Shown piece by piece: positions 45,417 to 55,500 of a stretch of 64,000 bases of DNA; the first letter of the stretch is position 1; each line of letters opens with the position of its first letter. This DNA comes from a virus. The DNA lies in IMG/VR virus record IMGVR_UViG_3300037501_000212. One strand, given 5' to 3'. Under the pieces are notes generated by a model. The model saw nothing but the letters and a program-made list of their open reading frames with translations, had not been told where the DNA came from and made no database searches. The position numbers and the translations under genes are program-made.

Positions 45417-46327
45417 AGAAGCTGCTTTTCAACTTGATGCTGGCTATGGCGCTGCTGCCTTCATTGGCAGCAGCACAGGCACTTCACTACTACCAGAGCA
45501 ACCCAGGCAAGTCAGTCAATGTTGCTTGGGACCACAGCAAGTTTACCATCAGTTGTTCTGGAACACTTGTTGAAATCAGTCCTGCCACCACCAGCTTTGT
45601 TTGCGATGGCAGGACATATACAGTTGTTTGGACTGGTGGAGCAGTTAGGATAACTGGCAAGAATGCAGACGGCACAGATTATTTGTACAATGGCAGCATC
45701 AAGTACAAATATCGTGCAGTAGTCACTGGCGGATCGAGCCAAATAAGCATTGTAGCCAATGGGCCAGGCAGCTATCCATTCCTTATTCCAAATGCAGGCC
45801 AATACCATGTTTGGGGATATGTAAGGCGTGATTCCACGACTGGCAGGAACTCCTTCTTTTACAGCATGGACGGCTCTGCACAAAGAATATGGGCAACACC
45901 ATCCGGAACACCAGATGGAGAGTGGCTTTGGGATAGGATCAACGATGGGACGTCGCTTGGTGAACAAGGACCTATAGTTGTGTTTCAGCTGGCATCTGGT
46001 CAGCACACCTTGGTGCTGCTGGAGCGAGAGGCTGGTACAGGACTAAATGGAATGGTTGTTGCACCAACTTCTGTTGCATCTCCATCTGCAGAGACTGAAC
46101 TGCTGTTTGGCGAAGCAACTGGAAATACACTGCCAATAAACCTTAATACTCTTGGTGACATTCGCATCGAAGTGGCTGCTGTGCTGACAGATTCTGGTGG
46201 AGAGAAAATGTCAGCTTATGCAAAGTCAACAGATCCTGCCTATGCAACTGTTGATGGTGTTGCCAAGGGATGGATGGTTTCTTCAAGCTTGAGCAACCCT
46301 TCTGGTGTCGTGATGGCTGCCGAATAG
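45413..46327 (+). CDS. secreted/exported hypothetical protein
   Basis: Signal peptide MKKLLFNLMLAMALLPSLAAAQA. 304 aa. Confidence 0.5.
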   Translation: MKKLLFNLMLAMALLPSLAAAQALHYYQSNPGKSVNVAWDHSKFTISCSGTLVEISPATTSFVCDGRTYTVVWTGGAVRITGKNADGTDYLYNGSIKYKYRAVVTGGSSQISIVANGPGSYPFLIPNAGQYHVWGYVRRDSTTGRNSFFYSMDGSAQRIWATPSGTPDGEWLWDRINDGTSLGEQGPIVVFQLASGQHTLVLLEREAGTGLNGMVVAPTSVASPSAETELLFGEATGNTLPINLNTLGDIRIEVAAVLTDSGGEKMSAYAKSTDPAYATVDGVAKGWMVSSSLSNPSGVVMAAE

Positions 46328-46336
46328 GAGGCTGCT

Positions 46337-46849
46337 ATGCCTGTCATGCACATACCAATCGATCTGTATGTTCCAAAGCAATCTTCTTCAGTTGCTGGCA
46401 ACTGCTATTGGAATGTCAGCACATTGACAGCTCTGGATGACGGCCATTGGGAGTTTGTCAAGGATGTTGATGGCTACATCTATGGAAGAGTGCTTGTGCC
46501 AAATAACCTGGCAGCTTCCCCAGCAGCCAAGATAGAGCTTTCCGTGAAGGCTCCTTCTTCTGGTGGTAATCGCAGTGTCAGATTCAAAGTCGCTGCACAC
46601 CCAGTGGCTGATGGCGAATCCATGAATCCATCAGCACTTTGCACACCAATTGAGCAGTTGTTGGATCTTGGTGCAACTGAGTATGCAAGAGGAATAATGG
46701 AATTCACTTTGCCAGTCACTGGCTCCTTTCCAATCGTTGCAGGAGATCTGCTGCTGGTGGAAATATGCCACTACGGATCACACATTAGCGATCTGCTGGC
46801 AGTGAACTGCCATCTTGATGAAGCCTACTTGGTCGTAGAGGTGGTGTGA
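46337..46849 (+). CDS. hypothetical protein
   Basis: 170-aa ORF with a GGAGG RBS. Confidence 0.5.
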   Translation: MPVMHIPIDLYVPKQSSSVAGNCYWNVSTLTALDDGHWEFVKDVDGYIYGRVLVPNNLAASPAAKIELSVKAPSSGGNRSVRFKVAAHPVADGESMNPSALCTPIEQLLDLGATEYARGIMEFTLPVTGSFPIVAGDLLLVEICHYGSHISDLLAVNCHLDEAYLVVEVV

Positions 46850-47904
46850 TGGGCTTGACCTTGCATGCAACTTCTGGCAGCAAAGCTGGAACTCTTTGCT
46901 GCGAGAATTTCTTTACCAAGAAGCAGCCATGGTCAATATGTTCTTGGATAAAGTACAACACCAGTGTTGGCTTCACATATACGCAAGGCAAAGGGCTTAT
47001 CGTACACAGCTCTCCGACAGCAATGTACACCTCAGAGGATGGATATACGTACAGCGAGGTTTCTGCAGAAGGAGATGGCATTGTTGCCAATGTTTGGTTC
47101 CACTCTGCTTATGTTCGCAATGGCAACAACCATTACGGATACTGCAATGGCAAATTGATGATGAGAGTCAGTGGATATGATCCGTCTGCATTTGATGCAG
47201 AGCTTCAAGTTGGTGGCATCAAGTACAGTGAAACAGAAAAGTATGCTGGTGTTGTTGGGCAAATGGCAGCACTCAAAGCTTGGCATGCTGCTTTGACTCC
47301 TGAGGAGATCAGGGCAGAGATGTACCAGTATGCACCAGTAAGATTTGCTGATCTTGGTGGGTACTGGCCTATGCTTGTGTATGGTGGAGAAGCTTACACA
47401 GTCAGAGATCAATCTGGCAATGGCAAACATTTTACTACAACAGATGCAATGGATGCCAGTGCCTTTGAATACTGGTTCCTGCCAGAGCCAAAGGGACCGC
47501 ATATTTCTCCGTTCAAACCAAAACATGGTGGGAACAGAGTTCCACGCTTGCTGAATCCAATTCGTACTTCAATTTGCTACGGACATGATACTGGTGTTAC
47601 AGAGGAAGTGAAGGCTCCTCTTGCACATTTTGTCACGAATGGTAAGCTTAGAAACAATCCTTACAATGACTATGAAGTTATAGAGCTTGATTTCGGTCAG
47701 TGGGCTGAGATGGTTGGAACAATTCGCATGCTTGGAACTGTTACTTGCCAAGTAAACACGTACAGATCATATGGGCCAGGCACTTTGACAAAGTATTACA
47801 AGACAGGCGCAACATCTTCTGGTTGCGAGGCTGACACTTGGAAGGTATTTTCAACTTCATTCGTAAGCCAAGGCTACGTAAAGGTGAGATTCGAGGCTTT
47901 ATGA
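46846..47904 (+). CDS. LamG/concanavalin-like lectin-fold protein with a shared fibre C-terminal module
   Basis: NVWFHSAYVRNGNNHYGYCNGKLMM...LQVGG...QMAALKAWHAALTPEEI is LamG-like (Laminin_G_3 style). The C-terminal ~100 aa are homologous to the C-terminus of 51015-52556. Confidence 0.55.
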   Translation: MMGLTLHATSGSKAGTLCCENFFTKKQPWSICSWIKYNTSVGFTYTQGKGLIVHSSPTAMYTSEDGYTYSEVSAEGDGIVANVWFHSAYVRNGNNHYGYCNGKLMMRVSGYDPSAFDAELQVGGIKYSETEKYAGVVGQMAALKAWHAALTPEEIRAEMYQYAPVRFADLGGYWPMLVYGGEAYTVRDQSGNGKHFTTTDAMDASAFEYWFLPEPKGPHISPFKPKHGGNRVPRLLNPIRTSICYGHDTGVTEEVKAPLAHFVTNGKLRNNPYNDYEVIELDFGQWAEMVGTIRMLGTVTCQVNTYRSYGPGTLTKYYKTGATSSGCEADTWKVFSTSFVSQGYVKVRFEAL

Positions 47905-48803
47905 GAAATGTTCTGGTAACTGGTGGAGCAGGCTTCCTTGGAAGCCACTTATGCGAAGAGCTTATCAAACACGATGATGTTTCAAGAGTTGTCTGTGTTG
48001 ATAACATTGTGACTGGCAGCTGGTCAAATGTAGACCACCTGATCGGCTGCAAGAAGTTCAAAATTTATGAATGTGATGCTATTGCTGCTTCTCAAATTGA
48101 CTGGAACTGGCTTGGTGGGCTTGATGAGATATATCATCTGGCATCTCCAACTTCTCCAGTGGCAATTAACAACTATAAGGAGATGACACGCAAGGTCAAT
48201 TCAATTGGAACATGTGCACTCATAAACCTTGCAAGCAAGCAAAAGGCCAAGATGCTTTTTGTTTCATCTGTCAAGGTCTATGGAGAATGTGATCGTGTTT
48301 CTGACTACATATTCGGGAAAAGAGTTGGTGAAGAGCTGTGTGCGCATGCTGGCCACAAGATTGCCAGGCTTGCCAGTGTGTATGGTCCTCGCATGGCTTT
48401 GAATGACTCAAGAGTTATTCCAGTTTTCATAACAAGGACTTTGCTTGGCCAGCCCATTCAGCTTTGGAATGGTGGCAATCAGGTTGACTCCTTCTGCTAT
48501 GTTGATGATGTTGTGAAAGGTCTTGTAAGCTACATGTCTTCAAGCAAGAATGGAGTAATAGAGTTTGGTGCTGAAAATGGCATCACCATAGCTGCGCTTG
48601 CAGAGAAGATTATGCAGCTGATTGGCACGACTGTTCCAGCTTGCACAACAGCAGTGAATGTTTCAGAAGAGTGCCATAAGGTTGTTGACATAAACAAGGC
48701 AAGGTCAGCATTGGGCTGGCAGCCAGCAGTCACCTTGGGGGAGGGGCTGCAATTGACAATCAACTATTTCAAAGAGGAAATGAAGAAGAGGAGAGATCTA
48801 TGA
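47901..48803 (+). CDS. NAD-dependent sugar epimerase/dehydratase (extended SDR, UXS-like)
   Basis: VLVTGGAGFLGSHLCEELI, VCVDNIVTGSWSNVDHL, SSVKVYG, Y..GK. ATGA overlap with the previous gene. Confidence 0.8.
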   Translation: MRNVLVTGGAGFLGSHLCEELIKHDDVSRVVCVDNIVTGSWSNVDHLIGCKKFKIYECDAIAASQIDWNWLGGLDEIYHLASPTSPVAINNYKEMTRKVNSIGTCALINLASKQKAKMLFVSSVKVYGECDRVSDYIFGKRVGEELCAHAGHKIARLASVYGPRMALNDSRVIPVFITRTLLGQPIQLWNGGNQVDSFCYVDDVVKGLVSYMSSSKNGVIEFGAENGITIAALAEKIMQLIGTTVPACTTAVNVSEECHKVVDINKARSALGWQPAVTLGEGLQLTINYFKEEMKKRRDL

Positions 48804-49507
48804 ACAAGATCAAGAAATGCTTATTCACATTGGCAACCAAAGGCTATGAAGAAGAGATGATGGAGCTGACACTGCCGCTCCTCAAGCAGTATGCAGACAA
48901 GATAAGAGCAGAGTTTCACATCATAGAAGGCAGAAAATTCCCAGAATGGCCTGTGCAGTGTGAAAAGCTGCAGATCTTTGATCTTGGCAGACAGATGGGC
49001 AATGATTGGAACATCTACATTGACTCGGATGCTTTGGTGCATCCTGAGATGATAGATGTGACGACATTGATACAAAAGGACACGGTGCTGCATGCTGGGA
49101 TGGATTATGCAAATGTCCGATGGCTGTATGATGAGTACTTCCTGAGAGATGGACGCAATATCGGAAGTTGCAATTGGTTCACTGTTGCCAGCGATTGGTG
49201 TCTTGATTTGTGGCGAATGCCAGACGATTTGACGCCAGAAGATGTTGCAGCTCGCATCATTCCAACAGTTGATGAGGAACTGACTGGCATGAAGACCAGC
49301 TTGAATCTTGCAGATGACTTCTTGCTCGGTCGCAACATAGCCAGGTTTGGCCTGAAGTTCAGACCATTGTATCAAATTCTTCCAGAGGTTGGGCTTGGCA
49401 ACAGTTTCTTCCTATGGCACCAATACACAAAGACGCCAGAGCACAAGCTTGAGGAGATGAAGCAAGTGCTGGCAGGCTGGCGACTTTTCCAGCCGTATGC
49501 CAAGTGA
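48800..49507 (+). CDS. possible GT-A-fold nucleotide-sugar transferase
   Basis: 235 aa with a DxD-like IYIDSDALVHPE after an N-terminal Rossmann-like segment. Weak assignment. Confidence 0.4.
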   Translation: MNKIKKCLFTLATKGYEEEMMELTLPLLKQYADKIRAEFHIIEGRKFPEWPVQCEKLQIFDLGRQMGNDWNIYIDSDALVHPEMIDVTTLIQKDTVLHAGMDYANVRWLYDEYFLRDGRNIGSCNWFTVASDWCLDLWRMPDDLTPEDVAARIIPTVDEELTGMKTSLNLADDFLLGRNIARFGLKFRPLYQILPEVGLGNSFFLWHQYTKTPEHKLEEMKQVLAGWRLFQPYAK

Positions 49508-49515
49508 GGTGGCTT

Positions 49516-50052
49516 ATGAAAAAATACAAGCTGCCAAAGATAAATGGTTGGATGAGTGATGAGGAGATGTATTGGCTTTATGAAAAGGCCAAGCTGATGG
49601 CTTCCATTGCTGAGATTGGATGCTGGCGTGGTCGCAGCACTCATGCATTGCTGTCTGGATGCACAGGTCCGGTCTTCGCAATAGACACATTTGAAGGAAG
49701 CCCAAGTGAAATTGACAGTGCTCACAGCGAAGTTGCCAGTCATGACATCAGAAGGGAATTCTTGAACAACCTGAGGAAGTTCAAAAACTTAGTTCCAATT
49801 TGCATGGACAGTGTTTCTGCGTCAAGATATTTTGCAGAAGAGTCAATAGACATGGTGTTCATTGATGGCAGTCATTCTTACAAGGATGTGTTGGCTGATA
49901 TTTGGAGATGGAAGCCAATATGCAGATGGCTTCTGTGTGGGCATGATCGTGACCAGGATGGTGTGCCGAAGGCTTTAAAGAAGCTTGGGCTAAAAATTAA
50001 AAAGGAGGCTGGCACAATTTGGTCTGTTGATATGACGGAGGTGCAAAAATGA
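49516..50052 (+). CDS. class I SAM-dependent methyltransferase (Methyltransf_24-like)
   Basis: IAEIGCWRGRSTHALL, MVFIDGSHSYKDVLADI. GAGGTGG RBS before ATG 49516. Confidence 0.65.
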   Translation: MKKYKLPKINGWMSDEEMYWLYEKAKLMASIAEIGCWRGRSTHALLSGCTGPVFAIDTFEGSPSEIDSAHSEVASHDIRREFLNNLRKFKNLVPICMDSVSASRYFAEESIDMVFIDGSHSYKDVLADIWRWKPICRWLLCGHDRDQDGVPKALKKLGLKIKKEAGTIWSVDMTEVQK

Positions 50053-51008
50053 AGGCACTTCTTGACAACGACACAATCCAAATTGAGATTACCAACCACT
50101 GCCACAAACGCTGTGCCAACTGCACTCGCTTTGTTGGGCATGTCCAGAAGCAATACCACATGGACTTTGATACCTTCAAACATGCTGTTGACAGTCTGGT
50201 TGGCTTCCCACATATGGTTGGCATCATGGGTGGCGAACCATTGCTGCATCCAGAGTTTGAAAGGTTCTGTGAATATGCTTTGAGCAAGATTCCTCGCATA
50301 CAGCTTGGTCTGTGGTCAGCCTTTCCAGAAGGCCATGAAAGCTACAGAGAAACGATCTGCAAAACATTTGGAAACATATTGCTAAACGACCATACCAGGG
50401 CTGACATCATGCACCATCCGTTCTTGGTTGCAATAGAGGAAGTGGTGCAAGATAAGGGCAAGATGTGGAACAAGATCAACAAGTGCTGGGCACAAGAGTC
50501 TTGGTCGCCATCTATAAATCCGCATGGTGCTTACTTCTGTGAAATGGCAGCTGCCTTTGCAATGTTGTTTGAAGGAACTGTAAACTTCATGCCTGGTTGG
50601 CCAATTGAGAGCAGATGGTGGGAGAGAATTCCAAAGGATTACACTGCCCAGATGGAGTGGTTCTGTCCACTTTGTGGTGGAGCTGCGCAGCTTAAGAGGA
50701 GAAGTAGCTTAGACAAGTTTGATGACATATCTCCATTGAATTTGAAGCGATTGAAGCCAATCTCGCAGAGAATCAGAGCTGGTAAGTACAAACTGCACAG
50801 CCTTATAGAAGTTGGCAGTGAGCAGGAAATGGGGGAGATGCAGTCTTATAAGAATCAAGGCTATCGAGATGTCATTGCTGCCCGCTACAGAATCTTCTTG
50901 ACACACAATGAACTTGGATTCAATGATCCCAAGCTGATGAGAGTCGGTCGTAAGATGGAGATGCAACCAACTTACATTGACAAATTAAAAGCGAGGTATG
51001 CAGCATAG
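50049..51008 (+). CDS. radical SAM enzyme
   Basis: IEITNHCHKRCANCTRF (CX3CX2C) followed by GIMGGEPLLHPEF. 319 aa. Confidence 0.75.
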   Translation: MKALLDNDTIQIEITNHCHKRCANCTRFVGHVQKQYHMDFDTFKHAVDSLVGFPHMVGIMGGEPLLHPEFERFCEYALSKIPRIQLGLWSAFPEGHESYRETICKTFGNILLNDHTRADIMHHPFLVAIEEVVQDKGKMWNKINKCWAQESWSPSINPHGAYFCEMAAAFAMLFEGTVNFMPGWPIESRWWERIPKDYTAQMEWFCPLCGGAAQLKRRSSLDKFDDISPLNLKRLKPISQRIRAGKYKLHSLIEVGSEQEMGEMQSYKNQGYRDVIAARYRIFLTHNELGFNDPKLMRVGRKMEMQPTYIDKLKARYAA

Positions 51009-51014
51009 CAGCCT

Positions 51015-52556
51015 ATGGCATGGGTAACTAACACTTGGAATACACCTGGAGTTACTAACTGGACTGTTCCTGCTGGTGTTTCCAGTATACGTATTCGAGT
51101 ATGGGGTGCAGGTGGCGGAGGTGGTGGAGCCAACAACAATGCATATTACAAAGATGCAGGTGGCGGTGGTGGCGGAGGCGGCTTTGCAGAGGTTACCAAT
51201 TACGCAGTTACTCCTGGTTCAAACCTTTCTATAACAGTAGGCAATGGAGGCAACAGAGGAGGCATATCTGGCACTTCGGGTGGTAACGGCTCTTTGTCTT
51301 CTGTGAGAGACGGCAACTTAGCTTTCATATGTGCAGCCAATGGAGGACAAAGAGGTAATGGCGGCAATATGATTCCTCCAGCTGCAGGAGGAAATGGTGG
51401 TATAGGCAATGCCGGAAATATTTTTAAAGCTGGCGGATCTGGAGCCTACGCCAGTGGAGACAGAGGCGGATCTGGTGGTGGTGCTGGCGGTGCCAACAAC
51501 AATGGCAATGGAAATAATGGAAATGGCAGGCCAGGAATTAACACAGGTTATCCGTCTTTAGGAGGTGCTGGAGGAAACGCAGACAGCAACGGCAATGATG
51601 CTGGAGGCAGAGGCGGCAACTCTGTAATGAACAACAACGCTTCTGCCAACACAGATGGTACTTGGCCTGGAGGCGGTGGTGGTGGACACCATGGCAATGG
51701 AGACACTGGGTATGGAGGCTATGGCGCTGCTGGTGGAGTTGTCATATTTTACAGCATTGCCAGTTCCAGCAGTCGGTCTTCAAGCTCCAGTTGTTCATCT
51801 TCCAGCTGCTCATCTTCAAGCAGCTCTTCAAAATCAAGCTCCAGTTCCAGCAGCAAGATACCGTCCATTTCCAGTTCCTCTTCATCAAGCAGCTCCAGCA
51901 GCAGTCAAGGATCATCTTCGAGCAGTTCAAAAAGCATGTCATCCAGCTCGAGCAGCATGTCTGCTGCTTGGCAAATTGAAGATGTTGTTCTAACAGGATC
52001 TGTCAGCAGCAGTTCCAGCAGCAGCAAATCGTCTTCTTCTTCCAGCAGCAGCCGTGGAAGCTCTTCTTCATCCAGTTCCAGTCGGTCAAGCAGTTCTTCG
52101 TCTTCAGTTTCAAGAAGCAGTTCTTCGAGCTCAAGCAGCATGTCGTCTTCATCCAGCTCCAGTCGCTCAAAGAGCTCTTCGTCTTCAAGCTCCAGCAGCC
52201 ACGCAGCTTTGACAACTGTTTGGGGTCAATCAACTGGATACAGCGAGGGCATTGCCAAGCCAATGGCTGGAAATTGGGATGTAGAAGCTGGCAGCATCAG
52301 TGGCTCTGGCGATTCTGAGAAGATGGTGCTTTCCAGTTACGAGTCTTACAGTGAATCAGATCCTTTCAATATCGGGAATATGGTTGGAGTTATCAAACTC
52401 AATCAATACAATGCTGGCTCCGGCAACGCTCCGACCATATACTACAAGACTGGTGTCACGCAAGCGTCTTGTGAGCAAGACCTTTGGCACCTTTACAACG
52501 GAGTCTCATTCAACTGCAAAGGTTGGGTAAAGATTCGGTTGTATAAGGCTGCCTAA
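51015..52556 (+). CDS. glycine-rich-domain fibre-like protein with an internal Ser tract
   Basis: N-terminal WNTPGVTNWTVPAGVSSIRIRVWGAGGGGGG...GGGGGGGGFAEV module. Ser tract at 51762-52199. C-terminal module shared with 46846-47904. Confidence 0.65.
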   Translation: MAWVTNTWNTPGVTNWTVPAGVSSIRIRVWGAGGGGGGANNNAYYKDAGGGGGGGGFAEVTNYAVTPGSNLSITVGNGGNRGGISGTSGGNGSLSSVRDGNLAFICAANGGQRGNGGNMIPPAAGGNGGIGNAGNIFKAGGSGAYASGDRGGSGGGAGGANNNGNGNNGNGRPGINTGYPSLGGAGGNADSNGNDAGGRGGNSVMNNNASANTDGTWPGGGGGGHHGNGDTGYGGYGAAGGVVIFYSIASSSSRSSSSSCSSSSCSSSSSSSKSSSSSSSKIPSISSSSSSSSSSSSQGSSSSSSKSMSSSSSSMSAAWQIEDVVLTGSVSSSSSSSKSSSSSSSSRGSSSSSSSSRSSSSSSSVSRSSSSSSSSMSSSSSSSRSKSSSSSSSSSHAALTTVWGQSTGYSEGIAKPMAGNWDVEAGSISGSGDSEKMVLSSYESYSESDPFNIGNMVGVIKLNQYNAGSGNAPTIYYKTGVTQASCEQDLWHLYNGVSFNCKGWVKIRLYKAA

Positions 52557-52567
52557 GGTCTTGACCG

Positions 52568-55500
52568 ATGCCGTGGGGCAATAACATATACACAAATGCG
52601 GGTAACGTTACCTGGACTGTTCCGTCTGGTGTTACCAATGTATTGGTACGAGCCTGGGGTGGTGGCGGTGGCGGCGGTGGTGGTAACGCTACTCATGGCG
52701 GTGGAGGCGGTGGTGGTGGTGGCTTCGCACAGTTTAATGCGATGGCTGTCACTCCAGGCCAAAACCATGTTTTGACTGTTGGTAATGGCGGCAATGGAGG
52801 AGCTGCCAATGCCAATGGTACTGCTGGTGGCAACACAATTATCCGCTGGAGTAATAACGCCAATGCGATGATTGCTGCCAGAGGGTCTGCTGGCCAGCGA
52901 GGTGCTAATGGCGCTGGTGGTGCTGGTGGAACTGTCGCAACATCTACTGGAAACTTGGAGTATGCTGGTGGCAACGGAGCTGCCAAGGCCACTGTAAATC
53001 CGGGTTCTGGCGGTGGTGGTGCGGGTTCTGGTGGCAATGGCTCGGCTGGATCCAACGGAGCCAATGCAGCTGGCGGTGCTGGTGGAGCTGCAAACAACAA
53101 TGCTGTCATTCCAAGTGTAGCTGGCGGTGCCGGTGGCAATGCCGTACTTAATGGTAATGGCGGCAATGCACTCGGTCCGGGCGGTGGTGGTGCTGGTGGT
53201 GGCGCTACCAACAAAGTAGGTGGCAGAGGTGGCGTAGGTCGTATCGAAATTTATTGGAGTATCGCTTCCAGTTCATCATCTTGCTCTTCTTCCAGTTGCT
53301 CCTCTTCATCTTGCAGTTCCAGCAGTTGTTCCTCGTCATGTTCAAGTTCCAGTAGCGGCACTTTGAGTTCTTCGTCCAGCTGCTCAAGCTCCAGTTGCTC
53401 AAGCTCCAGTTGCTCATCGTCGAGCAGCAGCAGCAGCAAACCTCCTTCTCCTTACGGATGGCAAACCGTAGTTTATACTCCAGGCAATTACACATGGACA
53501 GTTCCAGCTGGTGTAACTGGAGTAAGGATTCGTGCATGGGGTCCTGGTGGTGGCGGTGGTGGTTACAATGGCAATGCAGCCACTCCTGGAGGAGGTGGCG
53601 GAGGTGGTGGTTTTGCACAAGCCAACAACTTTGCAGTTACGGCCGGACAAAACCACAACATCGTAGTTTCTCCAGGAGTTGCGGGAGGAGCTGCTAATAG
53701 CGATCCTTCGTATGCCAACAACACGACTTTTTATCATACAAACAATGCTATTGTAATCCAAGCCACTTGTGGAAACAGAGGCAGAGTAACAGGGGCTGGT
53801 GGTGGATTTGGAAATGGCACCATAACTGCTTGGACCAATGTTTACAAAATGGGCGGCAATGGTGCCAACAACAATACAGCGACATATTCTGGTGCTGGTG
53901 GTGGTGGAGCCGGCACCACTGGCAATGGGTCGCCTGGCAACAACAACGGCTCGGGAGCTGGAGGAGGCGCTGGAGGTCTTGGCGACAATGGATCTACTGA
54001 TGTAGCGAACGGAGCTGGTGGCAACGGAGGAAATGCAGCCAGTGCAGGGTTCTTTGTGGGTGGTGGAGGTGGTGGAGGGAACAGTCTGTTCCGTGCGGGA
54101 GGAAATAGTGCAGATGGCAAGTTAGAATTGTACTTTAGTGTTCCGAGTGTTAGCAGCTCCAGCTCTTCATCGTCCAGCAACAGCAGCTCCAGTTCTTCAT
54201 CCAGTTCTTCATCAAGCTCTCCAGCAGCAGTAAGCAGTTCGTCCAGCTGCAGCAGCTCCAGCTCTTCATCGTCCAGCAACAGCAGCTCCAGTTCTTCATC
54301 CAGCTCCAGCAGCAGCTCTTCAAGCAGCTCCAGCTCCAGATCAAGCTCGAGCTCCAGTTCTTCTTCGTCCAATTCTTCGTCCAGTTCTTCAAGCAGCTCG
54401 AGTCGGAGTTCTTCAAGCAGCTCCAGCTCCAGATCAAGCTCGAGCTCCAGTTCTTCTTCAAGCAGGTCTTCATCCAGTTCTTCATCAAGCTCCAGCAGCA
54501 GTTCTTCAAGTAGCTCCAGATCAAGCTCGAGCTCCAGCAGCTCTTCAAGCAGGTCTTCATCCAGTTCTTCATCCAGCTCCAGCAACAGCTCTTCAAGCAG
54601 CTCTTCATCAAGCTCCAGATCAAGCTCCAGCAGCAGTTCTTCAAGCAGCTCCAGATCAAGCTCTAGCTCCAGCAGCTCTTCAAGCAGGTCTTCATCCAGC
54701 TCTTCAAGCAGTTCGAGTCGTAGCTCTTCATCCAGCTCTTCAAGCAGTTCGAGTCGTAGCTCTTCATCCAGTTCTTCAAGCAGCTCCAGATCAAGCTCGA
54801 GTTCCAGCAGCTCTTCAAGCTCAAGCAGTTCGAGTCGTAGCTCTTCATCCAGTTCTTCAAGCAGTTCGAGTCGTAGCTCTTCATCCAGTTCTTCAAGCAG
54901 CTCCAGATCGAGTTCGAGCTCCAGTTCTTCTTCAAGCTCAAGCAGTTCGAGTCGTAGCTCTTCATCCAGCTCTTCAAGCAGTTCCAGATCGAGTTCGAGC
55001 TCCAGTTCTTCTTCAAGCAGGTCTTCATCCAGCTCTTCAAGCAGTCGTTCTTCTTCAAGCAGCAGCCGTTCTTCATCCAGCAGTTCCAGCAGTTCCATCC
55101 AAAGCAGCTCCAGCAGCTCAAGATCTTCTTCGAGCTCCAGCTCCAGCTCCAGATCAAGCTCGAGCTCCAGCAGCTCTTCAAGCAGGTCTTCATCCAGTTC
55201 TTCAAGCAGTTCGAGTCGTAGCTCTTCATCCAGCTCTTCAAGTAGCTCCAGATCAAGCTCGAGCTCCAGTTCTTCTTCAAGCAAGTCTTCATCCAGTTCT
55301 TCAAGCAGTCGTTCTTCTTCAAGCAGCTCCAGCAGTTCCAAACAAAGCAGCTCCAGCAGTTCCAGATCAAGCAGTTCCAGTTCTTCTTCAAGCAGGTCTT
55401 CATCCAGTTCTTCAAGCAGTTCGAGTCGTAGCTCTTCATCCAGCTCTTCAAGCAGTTCCAGATCAAGCTCGAGCTCCAGTTCTTCTTCAAGCAGGTCTTC

